Positions 46,966-58,635 of a stretch of 64,000 bases of DNA are shown in pieces (within the stretch, counting starts at the first letter, position 1; every line of letters starts with the position of its first letter). The DNA is taken from the NCBI GenBank assembly GCA_043228905.1, contig JBHGNT010000010.1, forward strand, positions 9,238,001 to 9,302,000, written 5' to 3'. Below the pieces are notes generated by a model. That model was not told where the DNA came from. It did not search any database and was given only the letters and a program-made list of their open reading frames with translations. The translations under genes and the position numbers were made by a program. The DNA is from Azolla caroliniana (taxonomy: Eukaryota; Plantae; Polypodiophyta).

Positions 46966-49900
46966 TGTTGAGCGGCAAGCTCAACCGGAGCCAGATCGGC
47001 TGAATAAGCCTGAGCCGGTAAGCGAGATGAAGTAGTAAGGACCGGTGAGCTGGGGAGCCGGTATGCTGGATCCAATCCGTAACCGGAAGCCTAGTATAGG
47101 TTAGACTACTAGGCAGTTATAGTCTCGTAGTTAGTGTCAGATGCTCGTGTGAGCATTGAAGTACACCGTACTTCTAACAGTCCCGTGTGGACCTGTATAA
47201 ATAGCGCTGATGAGCGCATTGTAGATATAGAGCACAGAGTATTCATATAATTTTGAAAAATAGTGTGTCTTGCTCTCTCTGTCTCTCTTTGTCTCTCCCG
47301 CGTACTCTCTGTCTCTCTCTGTATTGTTCTTTCTAACGCTTTCGCAAGAAATCTTTGACATGGTATCAGAGCGCGTGGGTTGAGAACCTCTGCTGCAGAC
47401 ATCTACGCTTGTGAAGGAAACCCTAACAGATCGGAAAGCAGACACAAAAGGAGAAATAGACAGAGGTATGGCTACGTCGCTCCCGGTGGAGAAGCTCGAC
47501 AGAACCAACTACGTATCTTGGTCATACAAGATGCACTAGTACCTACTTGGGCATGGCTACTGGAGTTATGTCGACAGAGTGAACGACTCAGCACTGGAGA
47601 CGACACACAAGGACTTCCTAGTGTGGGAACAGGTGGCAAGCAGGGTGATGTACTGCTTCGCGTCCAGTGTCGGTGACTAGCTGCTCAGCCATATTCGTGA
47701 CGCCAAGACACCGAAGGATGCTTGGGGAAACTTGAAAAAGGTCTTCGCCTCAAGCACCACTGCCCAGAAGCTGCAACTCAGATAGGAGTTGAGCAATGTT
47801 CGACAGAAGAACATGTCGGTGGCAGATTACACAGCCCGGATCAAAGGGATCTATGACTCGCTTGCCTCTATTAACGTCACCATAGAGGAAGACGAGATGG
47901 TGCAGGTCTGTCTTGGAGGCCTAGCGTCCAAGTTCGGAGCTTTCCGGACTGCGGTTTGTACAAGGGAGAATACGCCCTCATTTTTCGACTTACAGTCGAT
48001 GCTCCTTGTAGAGGAGAACCACGCCAGTGCATCTACCAGTGCATCCCCATACAGCCAAATGTTGTACACGGGAGCGGATCGGTCCCGCGGACGTGGTGGA
48101 CGAGGCAGGTCGGCACGCAATGGAGGCGGCCGGCAAGAGCAGGAACGAAGGCACAGTGAGCGTGCCGACAGCAGTTTTGGGACTTCCACAAGCAGGGGGA
48201 GTCAAGGTGGTGTCGGAGGCTGGCAAGACAAATTCGCTACGGAATGCTGGTACTGTGGCAAAAAGGGCCACAGGGAAAGCGAGTGTTGGAGAAAGCGTGC
48301 CGATTCGGACAAATCCGGATCCGGCAAGACCGGTAAGGAAGGCCGACAAAGCTCGCACTACGCAAACGGATCAGGAGGATCCAAGAACGGTAAGGGGCCA
48401 GCCTTGGTGATGAAGCACAAGGCAAACTCAATGAAGAAGACCACTTCCAAATCGGAGGAAGTGTGGTACGTTGACTCCGGCGCATCGAACCACATGACGA
48501 GCCACGGGGAGTGGTTCTCCTTTTTGGAGAAGCCGGATCAACCGAGAGTTGTTGAAACCGGAGACGACACTCCACACCCGATCGTGCATGTCGGAGAAGT
48601 CCCTTTGAGTCACGTCGGACAAAGGGGGAAGCTGATGAATGTATTACATGTTCCGACGATCACGAAGAACCTGGTGTCGGTCGGACAGATCGTCGACCAG
48701 GGGATGCAAGTGCGGTTTACGCACCTCGGGTGCTTCATTGAGGAAGAGGGCGAAGTTATTGCGCAACGACGCAGAGATGGGAGGATGTTTATCCTCAACA
48801 CCAATGACGTCGGCACCGCACTGTTCGCCAAAGGACAGAAGGTCGAGTCAGATATCGACCTGTGGCACAAGCGGATTGGCCACGTCAACTACTGGAGGCT
48901 TCAAGACCTGCAAACGGAACAAGTCGTTTTCGGTTTGCCGAAGTTTAGCGGTCGGAGAGCCCAGCTTTGTGAAGCCTGCCAACTCGGGAAGCAACACCGG
49001 CTTCCATTCCCCACCGAAAGAAATCAGAGCCGTAACAAGCTCGATCTTATCCATTCGGATGTGTGGGGACCGGCACAAAATGTTAGCATTGGCGGGAGTC
49101 GATATTTCGTCTCCTTCATCGACGACTACACGCGGCATACGTGGATCTACCTCATTGAGCGGAAGAGCGAAGTCTTCGAGTGTTTCCGGAGCCTCTAGAA
49201 GATGGTGGAACGGGAATCAGAGAGGAAGATCAAATGCCTACGGTCGGATGGCGGAAAAGAGTATTTTTCTAGCCAATTCAACAACTATCTGCAACAAAAA
49301 GGAATTCGGCGAGAATTCAGCTGCAGATACACACCGCAATAGAACGGTGTGGCCGAAAGGATGAATCGGTCGCTGATTGACACGGCTAGGGCAATGCTGG
49401 AGGAAAAGAGCATGCCCAAGTTCTACTAGGTGGAGGTGGTCCAAACGGCCGTTTACATCCAGAACCGGATCAGGGACAAGGTGTCAGCTCACGAGTTGTA
49501 TTTCGGGCGCAAGCCGAATGTGAGACACCTTTGGATATTCGGCAGCATAGCCTATGTACATGTGCCGGATGAGAAGTGGAGAAAGCTGGATGCAAAATCA
49601 GAAAAAATGCATCCTAGTTGGCTATGCTCAAGAGCAAAAGGGGTATAAGTGTTATAACCCCCGGACGAAGCAGGTCCGAGTCAGCCGAGATGTCGAGTTT
49701 ATGAATCGGCATCGTGGTATTCCTTACCAACTCTGACTTCCGATCCCGACCTGATGTTGGAGGATGGGGCTAGTGAGCCTGAACCGGCTTAGGTAGAGAA
49801 AGATGAAGCCGGGACTCAAGATGAGAGTCCGGAATCATTTCGGTTAAGCGGACCGAATGAGAGACTGGATCAGTTGAACCAGTCGGATGATGAGACGGCG

Positions 49901-52758
49901 AGTAGTGGGGACTCTGTCGTGTTCTCCCCGCGCAAGGAACCGAGGAGACGGTTCACACGCAAAGAGAAAGGGAAGCAGAAGATGCCGGAATTCGAGACCA
50001 GCAATGATGAGTTGGATCGGTGCGTATCTGACTTCGGCAAGGACATAGGAAGATCTTCGGGAACGAAGACCGAACCGGCCAAGAAGGGTCTCATACCGGG
50101 TAACGGTGAGTTACGCCGGTCCACCCGCCAGAAGGATCCCGTTAAACGGTACGGGTATAATGAGTACATGGCGCATCATTATGCGTACATGACCAAGGTC
50201 ACGGAAGTGCGTGAGCCAGAGAGCTACGCAGAAGCAACAAAGGACGCAAATTGGTGTGCTGCTATGGAGGAAGAAATGCGGGCACTGGATGCCAACGGAA
50301 CTTGGGACCTGGTTGACCCTCCCCGTCACTGTAAACCGATTGGATGCAAGTGGGTGTACAAGGTAAAGTACAATGCCGACGGTACAGTTAACCGGTACAA
50401 GGCCCGGTTAGTGGCGAAGGGATATGCGCAGAGGCACGGAATCAACTACGACGAGACCTTCGCTCCTGTAGCGAAGATGACGACGGTTCGTGTGGTACTA
50501 GCGGTTGGTGTGGCAAGGGGGTGGCATCTTCATCAGATGGATGTGAAGAATGCCTTCCTTCAAGGAGATCTTGAAGAAGAAGTCTTTATGACTCAGGCCC
50601 CCGGATTTCAGTCGGAGGTGAACAAGTCGGTGGTATGCCGGCTGAGGAAGTCGCTGTACGGCTTGAAGCAAGCCCCCCGTGCTTGGAATGCTAAGATCAC
50701 ACACCGGTTGCGAAAGATGGGGTTTGTTGGCTCTAAGTCAGACTCTTCCCTGTTCATCCGTCAAGGCTCAAACGGTCCGGTGTGTATCTTACTCTATGTT
50801 GATGATTTAGTCATCACCGGCACAGGTCTTCCGGAAATCAACCGCGTTAAGTCCCAGTTGTCGGACGCATTCGATATGAAGGACTTGGGGGACCTTCATT
50901 ATTTTTTGGGGATCGAGGTGATCCGCACCCCCGACGGTATATTGCTTTCTCAACGCCATTATGTGTTGAATATACTGTACAAGTTCGGCATGAAGGAATG
51001 CCGACCTGTCTCCACACCCCTGGACCGGAATCAGAAGATCCGTCCCAACTCCAGACCAGCCTGCGATGAGAAACGGTTCCGACAAATAGTCGGAAGCCTG
51101 ATCTACTTGACCATCACCTGACCCGACATTAGCTATCCAGTCGGAGTGGTAAGCCAATTCATGCAGAAGCCGACCGTGGAGCACCTTCAGTGTGCGAAAC
51201 GGATACTGAGGTATGTAAGCGGCACTACGGACCGTGGGCTCTTATACCGGCAAGGTATAACCGAAGAGCTTGTTGGCTACACGGATGCCGACTGGGCTAG
51301 CGATGCAACGGATCATTGCTCAACTTCTGGCTTTATGTTTTCTCTTGGGAGCACGGCTGTTGCGTGGAGCAGCAAAAAGCAGCCAACAGTGGCTCTATCT
51401 AGCACTGAGGCTGAATACCGGGGCGCAACCATTGCCACTTGCGAAGCCATTTGGCTTCGACGACTACTGCAAGACCTGCGGATCGAAGTACCAACCCCGA
51501 TCCTGATCTATTGCGATAACCTCAGCAGCATGCAGCTCGCCAAGAACCCTATGTTCCATGCTCGCACAAAGCACATAGAAGTGCATTATCACTTCGTGCG
51601 TGAGCGGGTCCTGAGCGGTGAAGTTGAACTACCGATATGTTCACACGGATCGGCAAGTTGCCGACATCTTCACCAAGCCGCTCGGGTCGGACAAGTTGTA
51701 GCACTTTACCGAAATGCTTGGTGTTCAGCATCTCGACGTGCCACACTTGAGGGGGAGACGCAACGGCAAAGACACTACTGAAACAGGCAAAGGCAAAACT
51801 GTTGAACCCATAGGTAAGAGAAGAACTGGTAGAGGTGGAGACAAGAAGGAAAATGAAGCCGAGTCGACGAAGGAAGTCGGGACATCCGAACAAGTCGGTG
51901 AACCGGCTGAAGATGCCAAGGGAAGCATGGAGAAGGCCAAGACCCGGACGTGGTCCGATGTGGTGAGAGGCCTGAAGCCGAAAATCAAATCGGAGGATAC
52001 CGATTCGGACAAGAGTTGGAACGAGTCGGAGACAGCCGATTCGGATCAACAGACAGATCCGGATGAGTCGGATCAACGAGAGGCCAAGGAGACACGGACA
52101 CAACGGAAGTTGATGCCATCGTGGAGGAACCGACGGATCGGCAAGCGCCGGAGTCATAGCAACGACGGAGCTGAGATGGGCCTATTGAGTAGACATGCCG
52201 AAGGTCGAGGCGCACAGAACCAAAGGGGTCGCGGCAAACGGAACCGGACCGGACAAGGAGCACGAGCAAGGCGGAGCGACGCCAGGAGAAGTCGGTTGGA
52301 AGAACCGGCTGCCACAGAGGTTGACACTACTTCCCTACCTCAGGTTGAGCTCGAGGGGGAGTGTTGAGCGGCAAGCTCAACCGGAGCCAGATCAGCTGAA
52401 TAAGCTTGAGCCGGTAAGCGAGATGAAGTAGTAAGGACTAGTGAGCTGGGGAGCCGGTATGCCGGATCCAATCCGTAACCGGAAGCCTAGTATAGGTTAG
52501 ACTACTAGGCAGTTATAGTCTCGTCGTTAGTGTCAGATGCTTGTGTGAGCATTGAAGTACACCGTACTTCTAACAGTCCCATGTGGACCTGTATAAATAG
52601 CGCTGATGAGCGCGTTGTAGATATAGAGCACAGAGTATTCATATAATTTTGAAAAATAGTGTGTCTTGCTCTCTCTGTCTCTCTCTGTCTCTCCTGCGTA
52701 CTCTCTGTCTCTCTCTGTGTATTGTTCTTTCTAACGCTTCTGCAAGCAATCTTTGACA
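46966..52758 (+). mobile_element. Element I: full-length, mildly decayed Ty1/Copia inserted in the LINE endonuclease
   Basis: LTRs 46966-47360 and 52362-52758 (about 14 substitutions and 1 indel by eye); TSD AGAAT/AGAAC; PBS TGGTATCAGAGC 47361-47372; PPT GAGGGGGAG 52353-52361. Confidence 0.95.
47468..52367 (+). pseudogene. Element I gag-pol with several stops and frameshifts and a C-terminal extension
   Basis: CWYCGKKGHRESEC, WYVDSGAS, WHKRIGH..CEAC, IHSDVWGP, ILLYVDDLVI, YTDADWA, YCDNLS, RTKHIEVHYHF. Confidence 0.92.
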
Positions 52759-55700
52759 AGAACTATATGAATGGGAACGTTTAATTTTTTCTTTAGGTTT
52801 ATTGGACTTGTGGCATGTGTCTTCTTTTGCAAGGATACAAGATTCCTTAGAGTATTCAAGATTAGATAGAAGACAGTCACATGCAAATTTGTCTAGGTTA
52901 GATAGATTCTATGCTGATAAGTTTGTATGGGACAAAGGAGGTTCCATTGGAATCATACCTTCATTTTCCTTTTTTGATTATGCACCGCTTCGGTTAGTTA
53001 TAGTCTTACAGGAGTAGTATAAGAATTCAAGGTTTAGAATTCTGAATCATGTGTTTCTTAGCCCAGATTGTTCTCCTACTGTGCATAATATTTGGAATAA
53101 GTATGACTACTCCTATGATTATGCATTATCTAGTGTCCAGAAGGCTATTAGTGAAACACAACAATTTTTTTACGGGAAGGCTAAACAAGTATTTTATGCA
53201 TCTTTAACTAAAATAGGTAGGCTTTGTAGGGGATTGAAATCCCTACAACATTTGCAAGAGAGAAGACCACATTCGAGTTATATAAGTTCTCGAGTGGTAC
53301 AAGTAGGGAATCAAATATTGGACTTAGAAAAGATTTCTGTTTATTTTAAATATCACAATATATCATCCACATGGGCAGAATCGAGAGATAAAGTCAATAA
53401 GTTGTTCTTTGCAGTGCATAATCATCATAAGTCTCAGCTAGGATTTCTAGATTAAAATGTCCTGATGGCTCCTATACCACTGATCCTAGTCAGATGCGAC
53501 AAATAGCCTTGGATTATTATGAAGCTTTGTTAAAAACTAGACCCTTTTCTGAGGCTGATCTGGTTAAGAGGGACATCATATGGTCTAGGATTCATAATAG
53601 GGTTTCTGCAAATCTTTTACGTTGTCTTTTACAACCATTAAGTACTCAAGAGGTTTTTAAAGCAGTAAAAGCCCTTGCAAAGGATGTTTGTCCTGGTTTG
53701 GATGAGTTGGGAGTTCAATGCTATATCCAATATTGAGATTTGATAGGTGATGGGCTGACCAAAGCTTATCAACAGATTTTTTTGCAAGAGCGAAGTATCT
53801 TTGATAATATTATTCTCTTTTGGGAAATGGTGACCTTCGTTGAAGTGCAGACGCAAGATCTGGTGGTGTTATTTCTTGATTTTGAAAAAGCTTAAGACAG
53901 AGTGGACTGGGATTTTATGGAGGGAACACTCTTCAGGATGGGTTTCTCAAGGAAATGGATACGAGGATTTTCAGCATTATATTGTAATGCAAATAGTTCT
54001 CTCTTATTTGCAGGGGACATTGGTAGGTGGTTTTCTATTTCAAGATCTATACGACAGGGATGTCCATTTGCTCCTTTCTTGTTTTTGCTAGTATCTGAAG
54101 CATTTTCTGTACATTTAAATTCTCAATATGTAAATATTAAAGGTTTAGCACTACCAGTGGCAAAGGCTGGTGTGAATAGTGAATTCGTTGATGATACAAC
54201 TTTATATGTTCAGGCCTCACATTGTAATTTGTTTCAGGTGCAAAAGGCCATGGATGATTTCTCAGATGCATAGGGTGCATTGATAAATTGGGATAAATCA
54301 TCAGGTTTTTGGGTCGCTTCGGGAGATCCGCCAGTTAATGTACCTTCCTTAGGATTCACATGGATACCTCAAGGTCAGTCTATTAGGTATCTAGGTTGTC
54401 GAGTGGGTGTGGGATTAAAGACAGAAGATATGATTGCGCCCTTATTGTTAAGATTAAGAAATAAATTAGTATATTGGAATAAAGAAAAATTATCCTTAGT
54501 TGGACGGGTAGTTGTAGCTAATTCGGTGTTGTCCTCAATTTGGTATATAACATCTACATGGTTGTTTTCTAGGTCAATAATGTTGAAAGTTCAACGTTTA
54601 GTACGAAATTTTATTTGGGGGAACAATAGGTCAGACAATTCTGTAGCAAAGGTAGCTTGGTCTGTTCTGATACAATCTAAACAAAAAGGAGGTTTAGGTT
54701 TGATTGATCCATTTATGCAAAGCAAAACTTTACTTATTAAACATGTTGTTAGGAGTTTTTTGCCAGGAGAGGAGTTATGGAAAAAGCTACGGTTGCAACA
54801 TTTACATAAGGTCAAACCCTTAGTAGGTGGTCAATGGAAGGATAGTCTTAGATGGTTCTTTAATGCAGATTTCCAGCTACCTAAGTCCAATGATGGATCG
54901 TTGCGTTTCTTCAATGGAATTTTTCGGGCATGGGAAAGTCTTCGGCAAGCACTTGTTTTCTTGCCACCGAAAAGCTATCATCAATTTATGCGTCAACCAT
55001 TGATATGGAATCCTTTATTTACTGATGAAGTTGCACGTGTTTTGGGTTTATGCCCTAGGTTATCATGGGCTGCAATGGACAGTGGACCAGCTGGTACGAT
55101 TGCGGATTGGATAAAGTTTATGCAGTCCTCTACGCAGGATCAAAGGAATAGGTTATCTAACTTAAGAGGGGCTCATATGATGTTATCACAATTGTCCACG
55201 GTGTATCAGGTCACAGTGCCAACATTGCATTTCAACCATTTTCAGAGTTGGTACGATATGTTCTCCACACTCAATATACTTATACGAGCTCGATTATATC
55301 ATCAAAATGGCAACCTCTATTTTTATGAAGTTTTGGACAATGGTAGGTTGATACTAGTGGATGAGGAGTCTCCAATCATGTCCATTGCGAAGCAATTTCC
55401 AGTGCGAGTAATTGCTAGATTAGATAAAAATATATATATCGATCCTAGTCCACTAATCACTAATTTCTCATCTCATATTTCAGTGTTAGACTCTAAACCA
55501 ATTGATGATCTGCAATGGGATCCAACAGATTATGGTTGGACATTGTCCATGCCTGACTCTTCGACTAAGGTCCTTCCTTTCTTCTCAAAATTCTTCTCAG
55601 ATCCAACAGTGGCATTTGGCAGGAATTTTATGTTGAAGCAGACTGAGCTGATACCTGCTGGAAAAGAGTATTGGGAGGAAGGTAATGTTTCATCTGCTCA

Positions 55701-57329
55701 TATGGTCATGTTTTGGAAACAATTTTGGTCAATTAAATGCATGAATAAGATATTGCATTTTCGGTGGTTGATGATTTATTATGCATTGCCAGTAGGTGAT
55801 TTGTTGAGGGGATCGGTGAGTAATCGGTCATGTATTATGCGTGGATTTGCGGATGAGACATTGCATCATGTATTTTGGGAATGTGTTTCCGCAAAAAGTT
55901 TTTGGTGTCGAATTCTTAGGCTTCTAGGTCGTAAGTATAGGTCAGCTATTTTCACGTGGGGTCAGTCTTCTGGGGAATGTTGGATCAACAAAGGGCTTTT
56001 TATCATTATAATCATTCTTCCTTGTCTTTACATGTAAGAAGTTTTCAGGTATATTCTACTTCAAGCTGCTTGCAGCGAATCAAGTTCTTCTCGCGGAGTT
56101 ATGTTTGGCAGATTGTCTCCTCGTTGTCTCTATGGGTGCTTTGGAAAGCTAGGTGTTCCAAGTTATACAATGATGAAGAAAATCACGTTGTGGATTAGGT
56201 AAAGTCTTTTTGGAACTTATTAGTACATACGGTTAAAGGTGAGTATGACAGTTATAAGGGTTTTGGAAACACATCTATTCGAAAAAGAAGGAGATTATGA
56301 CGAGTTTGGTCAACTATTACTATAATGTTAGACGCAAGCACTGAGGTTAGGTGTAACTATGTACCACCTCGTTGGTTGTTCCCACCACCGGTACCATTTT
56401 TACTGCGAACAACATGAGACAACATGGAGGAGACGGTTGTGGCATGTAGGAAGGCTATTTTAATGTATAAGGTGGTGATGGCAAGTGAAGATAGCCATAT
56501 GGTGGATGAGACATGAGGATGAGGGATGATGTTGTGGGTGCTGAAGCACAGTAGTATAAGAAGGATTTTAGTGGTATGAGGCAGAATTCTTGTGATAATC
56601 GGAGACATCGAGATGGTGGATGTGGACATGAGGAAATTGGTTTTCTGTTTTTGTGATCAGGATGACTGATGTCGGTGGGGGTTGTCGCAGATTATTATGA
56701 GAAGGTGAGGATTTTTTCTACTCATTTTTTGGTTGTTAGTGTAACAGGATTTTTAAGGTAATCAGCGATATGGCAAGAAGGTCAACGAGATGCTTCAGAT
56801 CAGGAATTACTTATGAAGATGTTATGGTTCTGATAGGTTGAGGGATGATGGCGATGGGGTTTGAAGCATATTTGTCATCACAACAGGATGAGTGGTGATG
56901 GTGTGAGGGTTGCAACAGATCATGAGTGGAGGACAAAACATTTTTCACTTATTTTTTGTTATTTGCACAGGACCTCGACGGATTTTAGCAATAATAGGTG
57001 GGAATCCTGAGAGAATCGGAGATAGCGAGATGGTAGATGGGGATATGACGAAGCCGGATTTCTGTTTTTGTGATCGACTGGTGTTGGTGTGGGGGCTGAA
57101 GTAGATTATTATGAGAAGGTGAGGAATTGTTTTTCACTCATTTTTTGTTATTACTACAGGATCGCGGTAATCAGTGAGATGGAATAGGGTCAGCGACATG
57201 CTCCGGATATGGGCTGAGTTAAGAAGGAAGATATTATGGTTCTCATAGGTTGCGGGATGATGGCAATGGGATTTGAAGCATGTTTGTCACGACGAGAGGA
57301 TGAGTGGTGTTGTTGTGAGGGCTGAAGAA

Positions 57330-58065
57330 GCTCATGAGGGGACGAGGAATCATTTTTCACTTATTTTGTTGTTAATTGCATAGGACATTGGTGGTATTCG
57401 GCGAGATGGTGGATGTGGATGGAATGAAGCAATTTGATTGTTTTTAGGAGTGATGATGGTGGGGGGGACCGAAGCAGATCATGAGGGGATGAGGAATCAT
57501 TTTTCCCTTATTTTGTTGTTAATTGCATAGGACATTGGTGGTATTCGGCGAGATGGTGGATGTAGATTGAATGAAGCAATTTGTTTGTTTGTAGGAGTGA
57601 TGATGGTGGGGGGGACCGAAGTAGATCATGAGGGGATGAGGAACCATTTTTCACTTTTTTTGTTGTTATTTGCACAGGACATTGGTGGTATTTGGCGAGA
57701 TGGTGGATTTGGATTGAATGAAGCAATTTGTCTATTTTTAAGAGTAATGATGGTGGGGGGGACCGAAGTAGATCATGAGGGGATGAGGAACCATTTTTCA
57801 CTTATTTTGTTGTTAATTGCACAGGACATTGGTGGTATTCGGCGAGATGGTGGATGTAGATTGAATGAAGCAATTTGTCTGTTTTTAGGAGTGATGATGG
57901 TGGGGGGGACCGAAGCAGATCATGAGGGGATGACAAACCATTTCTCACTTATTTTGTTGTTAATTGCACATGACATTGGTGGTATTCGGCGAGATGGTTG
58001 ATGTGGACTGAATGAAGCAATTTCTCTATTCTTAAGAGTGAACATGGTGTGGGAATCGAAGCAGA
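57330..58065. repeat. 147-bp tandem repeat, about 5 copies
   Basis: GATCATGAGGGGATGA recurs at 57477, 57624, 57771 and 57918, with a variant near 57330. Confidence 0.92.
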
Positions 58066-58635
58066 TGGTGTGAGGTGTGGAGGACATAGTTCATCTTGTT
58101 TATAGGGAGATTATTACAAGTACATTTCAATTTTTGTGGTCTTCTTGATTTGGGAGATGATACATGGGGCCTATCCATGGTAGCTCATCACGTTTTACCC
58201 AAGCGTTAGGTGCATCATGGACTATTTTGGTGTCTGCAACTGTTGTGTACAAAACATTTGTCAAATAGCATCACCCTAGTGGACAGTCAGGTGATGGTGA
58301 ACAACTCTAGTGTTGGCAAAATCAAAGGCATATATGGAGTTTTTAGTCTACTAGCCAGGGTGGACAACCGAGATATGTTAACTAGGATTACCACCAAGAT
58401 ATGTATTCTCTTGGACCACAGGAATTTGTTTATAGGTTGAGAATGGGTCTTGTTGGCAAAGGCTGAGAGAGTTTTCATGGATATAATTAGCCTTATCTTG
58501 CCAAACGCCATGGGTTATATTTGCTCTTTTTAGAGACACTTGTGGAGTAGGAACTATTATGTACAAATTGTATATTGTCTTCAAGGCATTGTTATTTTAA
58601 TACCAATGGAGTATAGTTTTTGTGGGAAAAAACAA

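Larger units (their letters stand above)
44978..58635 (+). mobile_element. Element H: near full-length decayed L1-like LINE (outer limits approximate)
   Basis: ORF1 remnants with CFVCRQFGHLGQDC; ORF2 from 46447 (ISWNVRGL, LNIYAPN, AGDFN, SRLDRFY endonuclease; SIRQGCP, FVDDTTL, RYLG RT; GGLGL; ETLHHVFWEC) to about 56417; many stops and an internal RT deletion near 53780. Confidence 0.88.

Noticed and set aside
57330-58065. Regularly spaced repeats as a CRISPR array or a repeat-protein gene
   Set aside because: Whole units are repeated with no unique spacers, the context is eukaryotic, and stops occur in some units.
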